This document shows, one piece after another, positions 63,879 to 64,000 of a stretch of DNA of 64,000 nt. Origin of the DNA: Scyliorhinus canicula (lineage: Eukaryota); assembly GCF_902713615.1 (NCBI RefSeq), contig NW_024055476.1, positions 124,001 through 188,000 on the forward strand. The letters run 5' to 3'. The notes beneath the pieces are model-generated. The model ran no database searches. It was not told where the DNA came from and saw only the letters and a program-made list of their open reading frames with translations. The position numbers were made by a program, and so were the translations under genes. Positions within the stretch are counted from its first letter, which is position 1, and the number at the start of each line of letters is the position of its first letter.

Positions 63879-64000
63879 CTATTTTCTTATGGATCGAATT
63901 ACTCAAAGGAGTTGGCAGGTCCTGATGTCTCGCCACACAGTCAAACACAGCCCCACTTAGCCAGGCTTGTGTCGAGATGTTTAATTTGCTGACCACGCTC
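63879..64000 (-). CDS. IGHM: IgM heavy chain Cmu3 exon, 3' part (runs off the window)
   Basis: [41 protein letters not shown]|gtgagc; open; phase-1 donor fits the Cmu4 acceptor (G|AT = Asp). Not in the ORF track. Confidence 0.88.

Overview
Cartilaginous-fish (shark) genomic DNA from an antigen-receptor region; the species cannot be fixed from sequence alone. Contents: (1) A two-exon GPR139/142-like GPCR (+, 2038-4605). (2) The 3' part of an IgM heavy-chain constant gene on the minus strand, present twice because a ~15.9-kb block (4548-20457) recurs almost identically at 47156-63071. Copy 1 has Cmu4, TM1 and TM2. Copy 2 also has the 3' end of Cmu3 at the window edge. In both copies the secretory tailpiece carries a frameshift and a nonsense codon, while the membrane exons, splice sites and poly(A) signals look intact. 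(3) Between the copies lies an array of 11 TCR alpha/delta-type V segments, most with recognisable ~23-bp-spacer RSS. The 4 plus-strand ones are open (one has no leader intron). All 7 minus-strand ones carry a lesion. Six form a mirror-image duplicated 3-V cassette. (4) Shark-type repeats: CR1, Rex1/Babar and L1/Tx1 LINE fragments, tRNA-derived SINEs, two minisatellites, a 1.24-kb Mutator-like element with 9-bp TSD, a U2-snRNA-headed retro-insertion and a tRNA-Thr pseudogene. There are two assembly gaps (20461-20473, 29910-30297). Exon and RSS coordinates were read by hand; repeat boundaries are approximate. The IgM/TCR-V linkage depends on one gap and one ungapped junction (47155/47156) and needs long-read confirmation.
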